Below are positions 55,251 through 63,698 of a stretch of 64,000 nt of DNA, piece after piece. The notes below the pieces were generated by a model, which was not told the DNA's origin, searched no databases, and saw nothing but the letters and a program-made list of their open reading frames with translations. The position numbers and the translations under genes are program-made. This DNA is from Alphaproteobacteria bacterium (GTDB lineage Bacteria > Pseudomonadota > Alphaproteobacteria > Micavibrionales > Micavibrionaceae): positions 34,170 to 98,169 of the forward strand of contig JAGRKE010000015.1 in the NCBI GenBank assembly GCA_020442385.1. Reading direction: 5' to 3'. Position 1 is the first letter of the stretch. Each line of letters opens with the position of its first letter.

Positions 55251-55283
55251 CTATTTCTTCTCCAACAGGTCTTTTACGGTTTG
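55251..55283 (-). repeat. 3-prime tail module, copy c
   Basis: CTATTTCTTCTCCAACAGGTCTTTTACGGTTTG. It encodes ...QTVKDLLEKK stop of the GH104-like gene. Confidence 0.7.
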
Positions 55284-55883
55284 ATAATCAGTCAATGCTC
55301 TGTTGTTTAGAATACCTTCATAACGGCTTTTATTGGAGGGGTCTGGTGGCAATGCTGCCCATTCATCAGAGAGATTTTTGATCAATGCCTCCGTACTAAT
55401 CTTACCGGCTTTATATTTCTCGAACCCTCTGTATTCCATGCGTGCTCTGGCCAGTTGATCTTGAAGCTTTTTATCAAAGAGCGCACTTTCATCAACGCCA
55501 AGCTTATCAGCGGCCTCTTTTAAGGTGTTACGCCTAAACTGGTATCGCCCAACAGCTGAAGATCCCCTACCTTCATCAATCATCTCTTTTTGAAGTTTTT
55601 GAACTTTTTTAAGCGTCATTGTGGTCAGGGGCTTTTCTTCGTTGCCATAGATAATATTATAATTATCGCTGCTTTCCAGTTTACCGATGAAATCGAGAAT
55701 CTCGTTGCCTTTGCGGGTTGGGGAAATGGTCTCGGGTTTGTGTGCGGGGGCGGGCGGTTGGCGCTCGCCTTTTCTGCGTGGCACGGGCGGGGCGGTATTG
55801 CGGATCATCCGGCCTGTGGCATCCACATTTTCAGGCAGCTGGCCAAAGCCGCCAATGCGTAAATCATCCTTATTCCAAGGCAT
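55251..55883 (-). CDS. lambda-R-like (GH104) lytic transglycosylase/muramidase with Pro-rich N-terminal extension
   Basis: IGKLESSDNYN, AVGRYQFR, FDKKLQDQLA and EWAALPP parallel the lambda R motifs LAWSEGT, GAGRYQLL and IWASLPG. ATG 55883 has an AAGGAA RBS. No signal peptide. Confidence 0.7.
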   Translation of the reverse strand: MPWNKDDLRIGGFGQLPENVDATGRMIRNTAPPVPRRKGERQPPAPAHKPETISPTRKGNEILDFIGKLESSDNYNIIYGNEEKPLTTMTLKKVQKLQKEMIDEGRGSSAVGRYQFRRNTLKEAADKLGVDESALFDKKLQDQLARARMEYRGFEKYKAGKISTEALIKNLSDEWAALPPDPSNKSRYEGILNNRALTDYQTVKDLLEKK

Positions 55884-55953
55884 GGTTTTATTCCTTTCTT
55901 TCCAGATACAAAAAAGCGCCCGGCGAAACAAAGCAACGCTTTGTTCGCGTCTT

Positions 55954-55985
55954 AAAAAAGCAAAAGCCCCATTTTTGGGGCTTTT
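55954..55985 (-). terminator. intrinsic terminator after ettA
   Basis: Stem AAAAGCCCC (55962-55970) / GGGGCTTTT (55977-55985) with a U-run on the minus strand. A second hairpin lies at 55923-55948. Confidence 0.75.
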
Positions 55986-56049
55986 CAGATAGACTCGGGG
56001 CGTATTTAAGGACTATATTCCTATATATTGATCAGAATGTCAAGACTTT

Positions 56050-57726
56050 TTAAGCGATTTTCTTATACTTAATCCGATGCGGTTGGTCGGCGTCCACACC
56101 CATGCGGCGTTTATAATCGGCCTCATAATCCTCGTAATTGCCTTCGAACCATGTGACCTGGCTCTCGCCTTCGAAGGCTAGAATATGCGTACAGAGGCGA
56201 TCCAAGAACCACCGATCGTGGGAGATGATCACCGCACAACCGGGGAAGCGCTCAATCGCTTCTTCCAGCGCGGCGAGGGTCTCGGTATCCAAATCGTTCG
56301 TTGGCTCATCGAGCAAGATAACATTGGCTTCTTCTTTAAGCATTTTGGCAAGGTGTACGCGGTTTCTCTGACCGCCTGATAAGCTGCCAACCAGCTGCTG
56401 CTGGTCGCCGCGGCGGAAATTGAACGCAGACACGTACGCCCGTGATTGCATCTCGATCTTACCCAGTTTGATGATATCCGTTCCGCCGGAGATTTCCTCC
56501 CACACGGTTTTCTTGGCGTTCAAAGAATCGCGGCTTTGGTCGACATAGCCGAGCTTGACGGTATCTCCGACCTTAAATTCACCGCTGTCAGGTTTTTCAT
56601 GACCCGTAATCATTTTAAACAGCGTGGTTTTACCCGCGCCGTTCGGGCCGATTACCCCAACAACTCCGCCCGGCGGCAGCTTGAAGGACAGATTTTCGAT
56701 CAGGAGATGATCGCCAAAGCCCTTGGAGATATTATTGGCCTCAATCACCAGATCGCCCAGACGCGGCGGTGTTGGAATGACGATCTGCGCATTGCGCTTA
56801 TCAACCTTTTCCGATTCAGCCAGCATTTCCTGATAGGCGTTGATACGCGCCTTGGATTTTGATCGGCGGGCCGACGGGCTTGTGCCCATCCATTCCTGCT
56901 CGCGCTTCAGGGTCTTGGCGCGTGTATCTTCTTCGCGTTCTTCCTGCTCAAGGCGTTTGCGCTTGGCTTCCAGATAGGCGGAGTAATTGCCTTCATAGGG
57001 AATGCCAGAGCCACGGTCGATCTCAAGAATCCAGCCCGTAACATTATCAAGGAAGTAGCGATCGTGTGTGATCATCACCACCGTGCCTTTATATTCCAAG
57101 AGGAAGCGCTGGAGCCAGCTCACGCTCTCGGCATCCAAGTGGTTGGTCGGTTCATCCAGCAGCAGCAAGTCAGGCTTTTCAAGCAGCAAGCGGCACAGCG
57201 CCACGCGGCGCTTTTCCCCGCCGGAAAGATTTTCAACCGAAGCATCACCGGGCGGCGTACGCAGCGCATCCATCGCCATTTCGATCGTGCGGTCTAGCTC
57301 CCACCCGTCGGCGGCATCAATCTCATCTTGCAGCGTGCCCATCTCTTCGGTCAGCGCCTCAAAATCGGCATCGGGCTCGCCCATCGCGGCAGCAACCTCG
57401 TTATAGCGGTCGACTTTGGCTTTAATCCCGGAGAGCCCTTCCATGATGTTTTCGCGCACAGTTTTGGAATTATCGAGCTGCGGCTCTTGTTGCAGATAGC
57501 CGACTTTTGCGCCCTCGGCGGACCATGCCTCGCCCAGATAATCCTTATCCGTACCGGCCATAATCCGCAGCAAGGTCGACTTACCCGCACCGTTGGGGCC
57601 GAGCACACCGATTTTCGCACCGGGCAGGAAAGACAGGGTGATATTCTCTAAAACCTTCTTGCCGTCACCATAAGATTTGGTGAGGCCGTTCATCACATAG
57701 ACATATTGATAGGATGGATTTGACAT
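56050..57726 (-). CDS. ettA: energy-dependent translational throttle protein EttA (ABC-F)
   Basis: 558 aa with [45 protein letters not shown] and two ABC cassettes. Confidence 0.95.
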   Translation of the reverse strand: MSNPSYQYVYVMNGLTKSYGDGKKVLENITLSFLPGAKIGVLGPNGAGKSTLLRIMAGTDKDYLGEAWSAEGAKVGYLQQEPQLDNSKTVRENIMEGLSGIKAKVDRYNEVAAAMGEPDADFEALTEEMGTLQDEIDAADGWELDRTIEMAMDALRTPPGDASVENLSGGEKRRVALCRLLLEKPDLLLLDEPTNHLDAESVSWLQRFLLEYKGTVVMITHDRYFLDNVTGWILEIDRGSGIPYEGNYSAYLEAKRKRLEQEEREEDTRAKTLKREQEWMGTSPSARRSKSKARINAYQEMLAESEKVDKRNAQIVIPTPPRLGDLVIEANNISKGFGDHLLIENLSFKLPPGGVVGVIGPNGAGKTTLFKMITGHEKPDSGEFKVGDTVKLGYVDQSRDSLNAKKTVWEEISGGTDIIKLGKIEMQSRAYVSAFNFRRGDQQQLVGSLSGGQRNRVHLAKMLKEEANVILLDEPTNDLDTETLAALEEAIERFPGCAVIISHDRWFLDRLCTHILAFEGESQVTWFEGNYEDYEADYKRRMGVDADQPHRIKYKKIA

Positions 57727-57818
57727 GGGTGCCCTTAATTAATTGACATATAATAAGTGACTATTTAAAGTCTGCTTTCAATTTTTAAAAAAAGTAACCA
57801 CTGAGTACACGAAAAATC

Positions 57819-58703
57819 ATGGCTAGAAAAGACCCAAACGACCTTTCTGGTTTTGAAATAATGAAAGAGTCAAAGGACGGCAATGTCCCCACTCCTGCTT
57901 TAGAGAAGTTTTCAATTGCTTTTAATAAACTACAAGAAGGCCGTGTAACCTTTAGTACAAAGTTCAATCGTAATATCCATGGAGATAGAGACGGTAATAT
58001 GAGTGTCGGGCCGCTTCTTATATTGCTCGATACTGTATCTGGAGTACCTGTTTTTTCCAAGCTTGATAAGAACCATATATGTGTAACCCGAAGTTTGGAT
58101 ATTACGTTTCCAAAACCCATAAAAAAGCTTATCGGACATATAGAGGCAAAGGGGTCTATTCTTCAAATGAGCGAAGATGGCAGAGAAGCCGTTGGTAAAG
58201 CGATTCTAAAAAGCGAAGAGGGAGAAAGTTTTGCTGTTGCAGAGGCACAGATGGCTATTCGCAAGAAAGTTAACTTTTCTTTTCCTCATTTTGATTTGTC
58301 GGAAATGAATATCGCGCCGTTAGGCTCTAAGGAGTATGGATCTTTTATTGATCATTTGGGGATCGTATTTTCTTCTGATAGGGCTACCAGTATGAAACCA
58401 GTGCAATCCATACATAGTAATCGTATGGGGTTTCTTCATGGCGGTGTTACGGCATCTTTTTTAGCATGCTCGGCGCAATATGAACTCCAAAAAAACAAAC
58501 CCAAGGATGAATTTATAATTCGCCATTTGAATATTGAATACAAAAAACCGATTAAGCCAGAGGACGGCATAATTTATGCGTTAACGGATATTGAGCCTCA
58601 GAAGGGATCAAAGCACTGTGTGCGTGTTCGTGTGTGCCATCAAAAAGGAAAAACAATGCTGGCTGAGGGTTTTGCTGTATTTGAACATCTATCCTTGATT
58701 TGA
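57819..58703 (+). CDS. double hotdog-fold (PaaI-type) thioesterase-like protein
   Basis: 294 aa. Two halves each carry an N..G..HGG/GPL....LD...G-type motif (NMSVGPLLILLDTVSG and MGFLHGGVTASFLACSA). AT-rich. Confidence 0.5.
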   Translation: MARKDPNDLSGFEIMKESKDGNVPTPALEKFSIAFNKLQEGRVTFSTKFNRNIHGDRDGNMSVGPLLILLDTVSGVPVFSKLDKNHICVTRSLDITFPKPIKKLIGHIEAKGSILQMSEDGREAVGKAILKSEEGESFAVAEAQMAIRKKVNFSFPHFDLSEMNIAPLGSKEYGSFIDHLGIVFSSDRATSMKPVQSIHSNRMGFLHGGVTASFLACSAQYELQKNKPKDEFIIRHLNIEYKKPIKPEDGIIYALTDIEPQKGSKHCVRVRVCHQKGKTMLAEGFAVFEHLSLI

Positions 58704-58887
58704 AAAATGAAAAAATGCGCGAAATAAAATTATAAAATTCCGTAAATTAAGTTGACATAAAAAATAGGATATGTTCTAGTTTCTCACCCAAATGAAACAG
58801 GAGTCATCAATGCCCCCTCAAGATCTAAAAGTAGATTTTGATAACGCCGAATTTCATGTTCCAAGTGTGAATGATAGGGTAAAAGAG

Positions 58888-59490
58888 TTAAAACCCGTTC
58901 TCAATAAAGACCTCTTCATTATCGATATACCCGCCTTTGGGGCGTGCGGGCTCAATGCCTTTACCAACCACAACAATCATACAGACCACGTGGTCGGATG
59001 GTAGATTGATAAGCTCTCCCACTGCCTCAGAGTCAAAGCCGATCATCGGGCAGCTTTCATATCCCATCGCGCGGGCGGCGAGCATGAGTGTTTGCGCGGC
59101 TAGACCGGCGGATCGCATGGCTTCATCGCGTTGCTGCCAGTCTTTGCCTTCATAAAATTCGATAATTTTAGGCACATACATATCGCTGATCTCTTTGGGA
59201 TAATTCACCATGTAGCGCGCCGGGTCTTTGGCATAGGCGCTCAAGTCACCGCATACAACATAAACCAGCGATGCATCGGTGATTTGCGCCTGCCCCCAGG
59301 CCACGTCGCGCACCTTTTGGCGTAGCGCGGGATCGGTCAGCTTCACAAAGCGCCAATTTTGTGTGTTAAAGGAGGTCGGCGTCTGGCGTACCAAATCCAT
59401 CAATTCTTGCTCTTGCTCTGGTGGAATTTGAAATTTCGGGTCGTAATGTTTAACGGCGCGGCGCGTGCGGATGGCTTCGAATGTATGCAT
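58888..59490 (-). CDS. nitroreductase-family NAD(P)H oxidoreductase
   Basis: 200 aa with RRAVKHYD, TSFNTQNWRFV and ESCPMIGFD. Confidence 0.85.
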   Translation of the reverse strand: MHTFEAIRTRRAVKHYDPKFQIPPEQEQELMDLVRQTPTSFNTQNWRFVKLTDPALRQKVRDVAWGQAQITDASLVYVVCGDLSAYAKDPARYMVNYPKEISDMYVPKIIEFYEGKDWQQRDEAMRSAGLAAQTLMLAARAMGYESCPMIGFDSEAVGELINLPSDHVVCMIVVVGKGIEPARPKGGYIDNEEVFIENGF

Positions 59491-59646
59491 GGTTTTAATG
59501 TTCCAAAGAGTGATTTCACCTTAAAACCTAAAGCCCCGGAGAAAATAATCAAGACCGATAAGTGCGGTGGATGAAAATCAATTCAGACTTGAAAAAAACC
59601 AACTGGTCGGTAATATGGGTAAGAAGCTTACTGAAAGGGGATTTCC

Positions 59647-60243
59647 ATGGCACAGGCACGGCGCAAAACCACACAAAATAAAATTATCGAGAAAGCGGAA
59701 AAACTGCTCTGGCAGCAAGGCTATGAGGGGACATCTCTCAACGATGTGGTTGGCAAAGCCGGGGTGAGCAAGGGCGCGTTCTTTCATTATTACCCGAATA
59801 AGCAGGCAATTTCGCAGGATGTGATTAACAAGTACAGCCGCGAGCAACTGGTTGCGCCGCTGGAAAAACGTCTGGCTGAGGCGTCCACGGTTAAGAACGG
59901 CCTGTTTAATTGGGTGAGTGAATTTTTTGAAACATTCAAGAGCCATAACTTTAAGGGCGGATGCTTGCTCGGCAATATGGCGCTGGAGCTTTCCGATCAA
60001 AATGAGGCTGCCCGCGAGACGATCAAACAGCATTTTCTCGATCTTGAGAACATTATCGCCTCGGCCTTAAAGCCCTTAATGGATGATGGGAAACTGTTTA
60101 TGGAGCCGCGCCAGCTCGCGCGCCTTTTGATTGCCTCTTTGCAGGGCGCAACTATGATGAGCAAGGTTCATAAAGACAATAACCGCGCCAGCCGCGAATT
60201 TCAGGCTATTGCGCATCTGATTGAATATGCGATTAAGGATTAG
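59647..60243 (+). CDS. TetR/AcrR-family transcriptional regulator
   Basis: 198 aa with GYEGTSLNDVVGKAGVSKGAFFHYYPNK HTH. Divergent from the nitroreductase. Confidence 0.9.
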   Translation: MAQARRKTTQNKIIEKAEKLLWQQGYEGTSLNDVVGKAGVSKGAFFHYYPNKQAISQDVINKYSREQLVAPLEKRLAEASTVKNGLFNWVSEFFETFKSHNFKGGCLLGNMALELSDQNEAARETIKQHFLDLENIIASALKPLMDDGKLFMEPRQLARLLIASLQGATMMSKVHKDNNRASREFQAIAHLIEYAIKD

Positions 60244-60245
60244 GT

Positions 60246-60875
60246 TTATTTGAAATTATAGTCAGAAAGGGTACAGTTTGGCCCAACGACTGTGAAACGT
60301 GATTTAAAATTATTTGGTATGCTTCCGTTTCCATCTGATATTTTCCAGGCGATATACTGCCATTTCGATAAAAGATTAATAATCTGGTCTTCATTTTTGA
60401 GGTCGGAAAGCGGTAACTCCTGTGCAACCCATTTTCCGTCTGTTGCCGTTTTAAATTGTCGTGTTAGAGACCATTCGCCGTTATGAAGCTCCGCCATAAG
60501 CAGGCAAGGCGTATCTTTAAACTCTTCGGGTATCTTTGGCAGAGAATAATCTTCGCAGTTTCCCAGCTTTTTAACAACGTCAATTTTGCTGCCTTTTTCA
60601 AAAAATTTGGTAAGTAACGGCCATCTTGACGCGCCATTCTTTGCGGGCGGGGTGTTAGTGTTCGTTGTTGGTGTGAATGGAGATTTTTCTGAATATATTC
60701 CCTGACTTTGAAGCTGTTTTTTTATTAAATATGTGCTTTTAATTCCAAGGTTATTGGATTTTTCGGTGTGTCCATTCGAAGCAGCGCTTTTCCCGCGGCC
60801 TTGTGCTTCAAGGCGGGCCTGCTTTTTATCTTTTTGCTGTTGTTGCTTTTTGTGGCGACCTTTTTGTTTAGTCAT
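60246..60875 (-). CDS. hypothetical protein with highly basic Lys/Gln-rich N-terminus
   Basis: 209 aa starting MTKQKGRHKKQQQQKDKKQARLEAQGRGK. AT-rich. No family recognised. Confidence 0.5.
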   Translation of the reverse strand: MTKQKGRHKKQQQQKDKKQARLEAQGRGKSAASNGHTEKSNNLGIKSTYLIKKQLQSQGIYSEKSPFTPTTNTNTPPAKNGASRWPLLTKFFEKGSKIDVVKKLGNCEDYSLPKIPEEFKDTPCLLMAELHNGEWSLTRQFKTATDGKWVAQELPLSDLKNEDQIINLLSKWQYIAWKISDGNGSIPNNFKSRFTVVGPNCTLSDYNFK

Positions 60876-60981
60876 AGCGGCTCTTATACGTGGTTTACGT
60901 TATTATGTCCTAACCCTATCGTTTTCATAAGTCAAATGTTTCTTGTTTGTACGCGTGTGTGGGCTGTGTTAAATAGCGTGT

Positions 60982-61599
60982 ATGAGCGAAGGTTTGATTA
61001 AGGGTTCGGACGGGCGGATGCGGTGCTGGTGGCATGGCAACGACCCGGAATATCTGCGCTATCACGATGAAGAATGGGGCCGCCCCGTTCATGACGATGT
61101 ACGTCTTTTTGAAAAGGTTTGTCTTGAGGGGTTTCAGGCGGGTTTAAGCTGGCTGACGATCTTGCGTAAGCGCGAGAATTTTCGCGCCGCCTTTGCCGGA
61201 TTTAATGCCGAAAAAGTGGCCCGCTTTACACAAAAGGACGTTGAGCGCTTGCTGGGCGATGCGGGAATTATCCGCCACCGCGGCAAAATCGAGGCAACGA
61301 TCAATAACGCAAAATGTACGTGCGATGTAGTGGATGCGTACGGTTCGCTGGCGGCTTATTTTTGGCGCTTTGAGCCTGATCACCACCAAACGCCGCGCGT
61401 TAAAGCCGATATTCCCCCCGTAACCGATGAATCAAAAGCGCTGTCCAAAGACCTTAAAAAACGCGGATTTAAATTTGTCGGACCGACCACCATGTATGCG
61501 CATATGCAGGCGATGGGTATGGTCAACGACCATTTGCACGGTTGCCATGTTTGCGCGGAGATTGAGAAACAGCGCGCAAAATTCAAACGCCCTGTTTGA
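60982..61599 (+). CDS. tag: DNA-3-methyladenine glycosylase I
   Basis: 205 aa with CWWHGNDPEYLRYHDEEWGRPVHDDVRLFEKVCLEGFQAGLSWLTILRKRENFR. Confidence 0.93.
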   Translation: MSEGLIKGSDGRMRCWWHGNDPEYLRYHDEEWGRPVHDDVRLFEKVCLEGFQAGLSWLTILRKRENFRAAFAGFNAEKVARFTQKDVERLLGDAGIIRHRGKIEATINNAKCTCDVVDAYGSLAAYFWRFEPDHHQTPRVKADIPPVTDESKALSKDLKKRGFKFVGPTTMYAHMQAMGMVNDHLHGCHVCAEIEKQRAKFKRPV

Positions 61600-61629
61600 G
61601 TTCCGGCTAATCGGTGCTAAAGTTTTTCT

Positions 61630-62376
61630 ATGGTCTCAAAAGACAAAACATCACTGAATTCTTTATCGGAAGCCACGCGCGGGCGTGCGGCATTTTCCGG
61701 TCATGATGGTGCGCTGGGCGCGGCCGGATACCGCGAAGCCAGTTTTGATCCTGATAACAGTGATTTTTTGCAACTGCCCGGTCAGAGCATTTCAGTTAGC
61801 CCCGGTGCGAATGGGTTTGAATCCATCCTGATTGGCGTGAAATGGGATCATATGATGATCCAAGATACGAGTTTTTTGGGCAAATTAATGAATAAGAAAA
61901 AAACCAGGCCCGTTGATCTGGATCTGGGCTGCCTTTATGAAATGCAAGACGGTACGCGCGGCGCTATTCAGGCGTTTGGCAAGAAATTCGGTGCGTATGA
62001 AGAACCGCCATTTATTCGTTTGTCGGGTGATGAGCGCACAGGCGAGACCGAAGGCGTGGATGAAATGATCGCAATCAATGGCGCGCATTGGGATAAAATC
62101 AAACGCCTGCTGGTTTATATTTATATTTATGACGGCGCGCCGAACTGGCAGCAGATCAACCCGCATTTGATTATCGATGTGCCGGGTGAGGATGATCTGG
62201 TTGTGACGTTGGGCGCGCATGATGACCGCTTGTCTTTATGTGCCGTGGGCGGCCTGGAGCAGGTGCGCGGCGGTATCAAACTCACGAATTACACAGAATA
62301 TTTCCCCGGCCACGATGAGATGGACCGGGCTTTTGGTTATGGCCTCGAATGGGGCGATGGCTGGAAAGATCTATAA
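61630..62376 (+). CDS. TerD-domain protein with divergent Ca-site motif and ~60-aa N-terminal extension
   Basis: 248 aa with ILIGVKWDH...VDLDLGCLYE...IRLSGDERTGETEGVDEMIAING...RLLVYIYIYDG. Confidence 0.75.
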   Translation: MVSKDKTSLNSLSEATRGRAAFSGHDGALGAAGYREASFDPDNSDFLQLPGQSISVSPGANGFESILIGVKWDHMMIQDTSFLGKLMNKKKTRPVDLDLGCLYEMQDGTRGAIQAFGKKFGAYEEPPFIRLSGDERTGETEGVDEMIAINGAHWDKIKRLLVYIYIYDGAPNWQQINPHLIIDVPGEDDLVVTLGAHDDRLSLCAVGGLEQVRGGIKLTNYTEYFPGHDEMDRAFGYGLEWGDGWKDL

Positions 62377-62402
62377 CCTAAGCAGCCAGCCGGGAGCATA
62401 AG

Positions 62403-63041
62403 ATGGCCGATATTTTCGATACACGTTTTAAAGATAAAGAGATTGAGCTGAGCAATAACAGGGCGGTTGTTGGCGATGATGTGAATTTGACGGCCAAGGA
62501 TGAGACGCTTAAGAAAATTCTGATTGGCGCGGGTTGGGATATCAATGCCTTTGATGCTGATGCGCTGGATCTGGATATCAGCGTTCTGCTTCTGAACAAG
62601 GACAACACCACCCGCGAGGATCAGGAGTTCGTCTTTTATAATAATACCGAGGCTTATGGCGGCGCGGTGACCCATAACGGTGACAGTCGCACAGGTGCGG
62701 GTGATGGCGATGATGAAAGTATTTCCGTCGATCTTCAGGGCGTACCTTTTGATGTCGTAAAATTTTTATTGGTGATTTCAATTTATAAAGGCGTCGAAAA
62801 GGGGCAAACCATGGATATGGTGCGCAACGCTTATATTCGGATCGTTAATGCCGAAAACAATATTGAGCTGGTGCGCTATGAGCTTACCGATGTTTTGAAT
62901 GATAAAACCGAAAGTGCGATGATCGCCGCGGCAGTTAATCGCGAAGGTCCGAAATGGCATTTCGTGCCCATGGCTGAATTTGTTGAAGGTGGCCTGGCCG
63001 AAGTGGCGACGCGCCACGGCATGATTATCGCCCAGCAATAG
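62403..63041 (+). CDS. terD: TerD-family stress protein
   Basis: 212 aa with GAGWDINAFDADALDLDISVLLL, FVFYNN and HNGDSRTGAGDGDDESISVDLQGVP, a canonical TerD Ca-binding signature. Confidence 0.88.
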   Translation: MADIFDTRFKDKEIELSNNRAVVGDDVNLTAKDETLKKILIGAGWDINAFDADALDLDISVLLLNKDNTTREDQEFVFYNNTEAYGGAVTHNGDSRTGAGDGDDESISVDLQGVPFDVVKFLLVISIYKGVEKGQTMDMVRNAYIRIVNAENNIELVRYELTDVLNDKTESAMIAAAVNREGPKWHFVPMAEFVEGGLAEVATRHGMIIAQQ

Positions 63042-63596
63042 CTATTTTTTCATGCCCAGCAGGGATGCTGGTTTGATTTTCGGTGATTTGCGGCCCACGC
63101 GCCCGCTGCGCCCGCCGCCCCAGCCATCATCATCGGACAGTTCTTTTTCGAGAAGCATTTCAATATCTGGAATCTCGCTCATCAGCAGCGAACCGATACA
63201 GGCGCGAAAAAACTCGCATCCCTTCTTATCCCAATCGCCAAATTTATTTGTGTAGTCTTCGCCTTTTACCAGCAGGTATTTCGGAGACCATTCGCTCTGG
63301 GTTGAGGGCTGCGCGCGCATCAACATGATTTGTTTATAGCTGTAGGTTTTAGTTTCAGTGCGTACACGTTTTTCATCGCCGATACCTTCGATAACTTCGT
63401 ATTCTTCTTCCTGCACCTCGTCATACAGGAACTGAATTTCGGCTTCCAGATCTTCGCTGTCTGGGCCCATACGCACCTCGGCGCTGCAGGTAATGCCCAT
63501 ATCGCTGTCATAGTAAACCCAAGGCTGCGTCTCATAGGGTGAGAGCACCCGGTCTACGCCGAGTTTTTCAAGCAGCTCTTCCAAAGGTACACGCAT
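63042..63596 (-). CDS. acidic hypothetical protein with basic Gly/Arg/Lys tail
   Basis: 184 aa ending ...DDDGWGGGRSGRVGRKSPKIKPASLLGMKK. Its stop abuts the TerD stop (TAGCTA). Confidence 0.55.
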   Translation of the reverse strand: MRVPLEELLEKLGVDRVLSPYETQPWVYYDSDMGITCSAEVRMGPDSEDLEAEIQFLYDEVQEEEYEVIEGIGDEKRVRTETKTYSYKQIMLMRAQPSTQSEWSPKYLLVKGEDYTNKFGDWDKKGCEFFRACIGSLLMSEIPDIEMLLEKELSDDDGWGGGRSGRVGRKSPKIKPASLLGMKK

Positions 63597-63698
63597 ACAA
63601 AATCCTAAGGTCTTTGATAAAGACGAAAAACCTATACTATTCTAGCAGAAAGAAAGGGGAAAGATTTTTCAAATATTTAGTGCTATGATACCAAGCTC

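Noticed and set aside
52458-56049. The GH104 hydrolase islet as a prophage or prophage remnant.
   Set aside because: There are no capsid, tail, terminase, integrase or repressor/antirepressor sets in or around it, and the gene order is not the holin-first lysis cassette. I keep this only as an alternative inside the findings rather than calling a mobile element.
58792-59004. 70-aa plus-strand ORF with a good AGGAG before an internal ATG (58810).
   Set aside because: Most of it runs antisense through the 3-prime end of the well-supported nitroreductase gene. The translation has no recognisable features, and the first ~30 codons alone would be too short to call.
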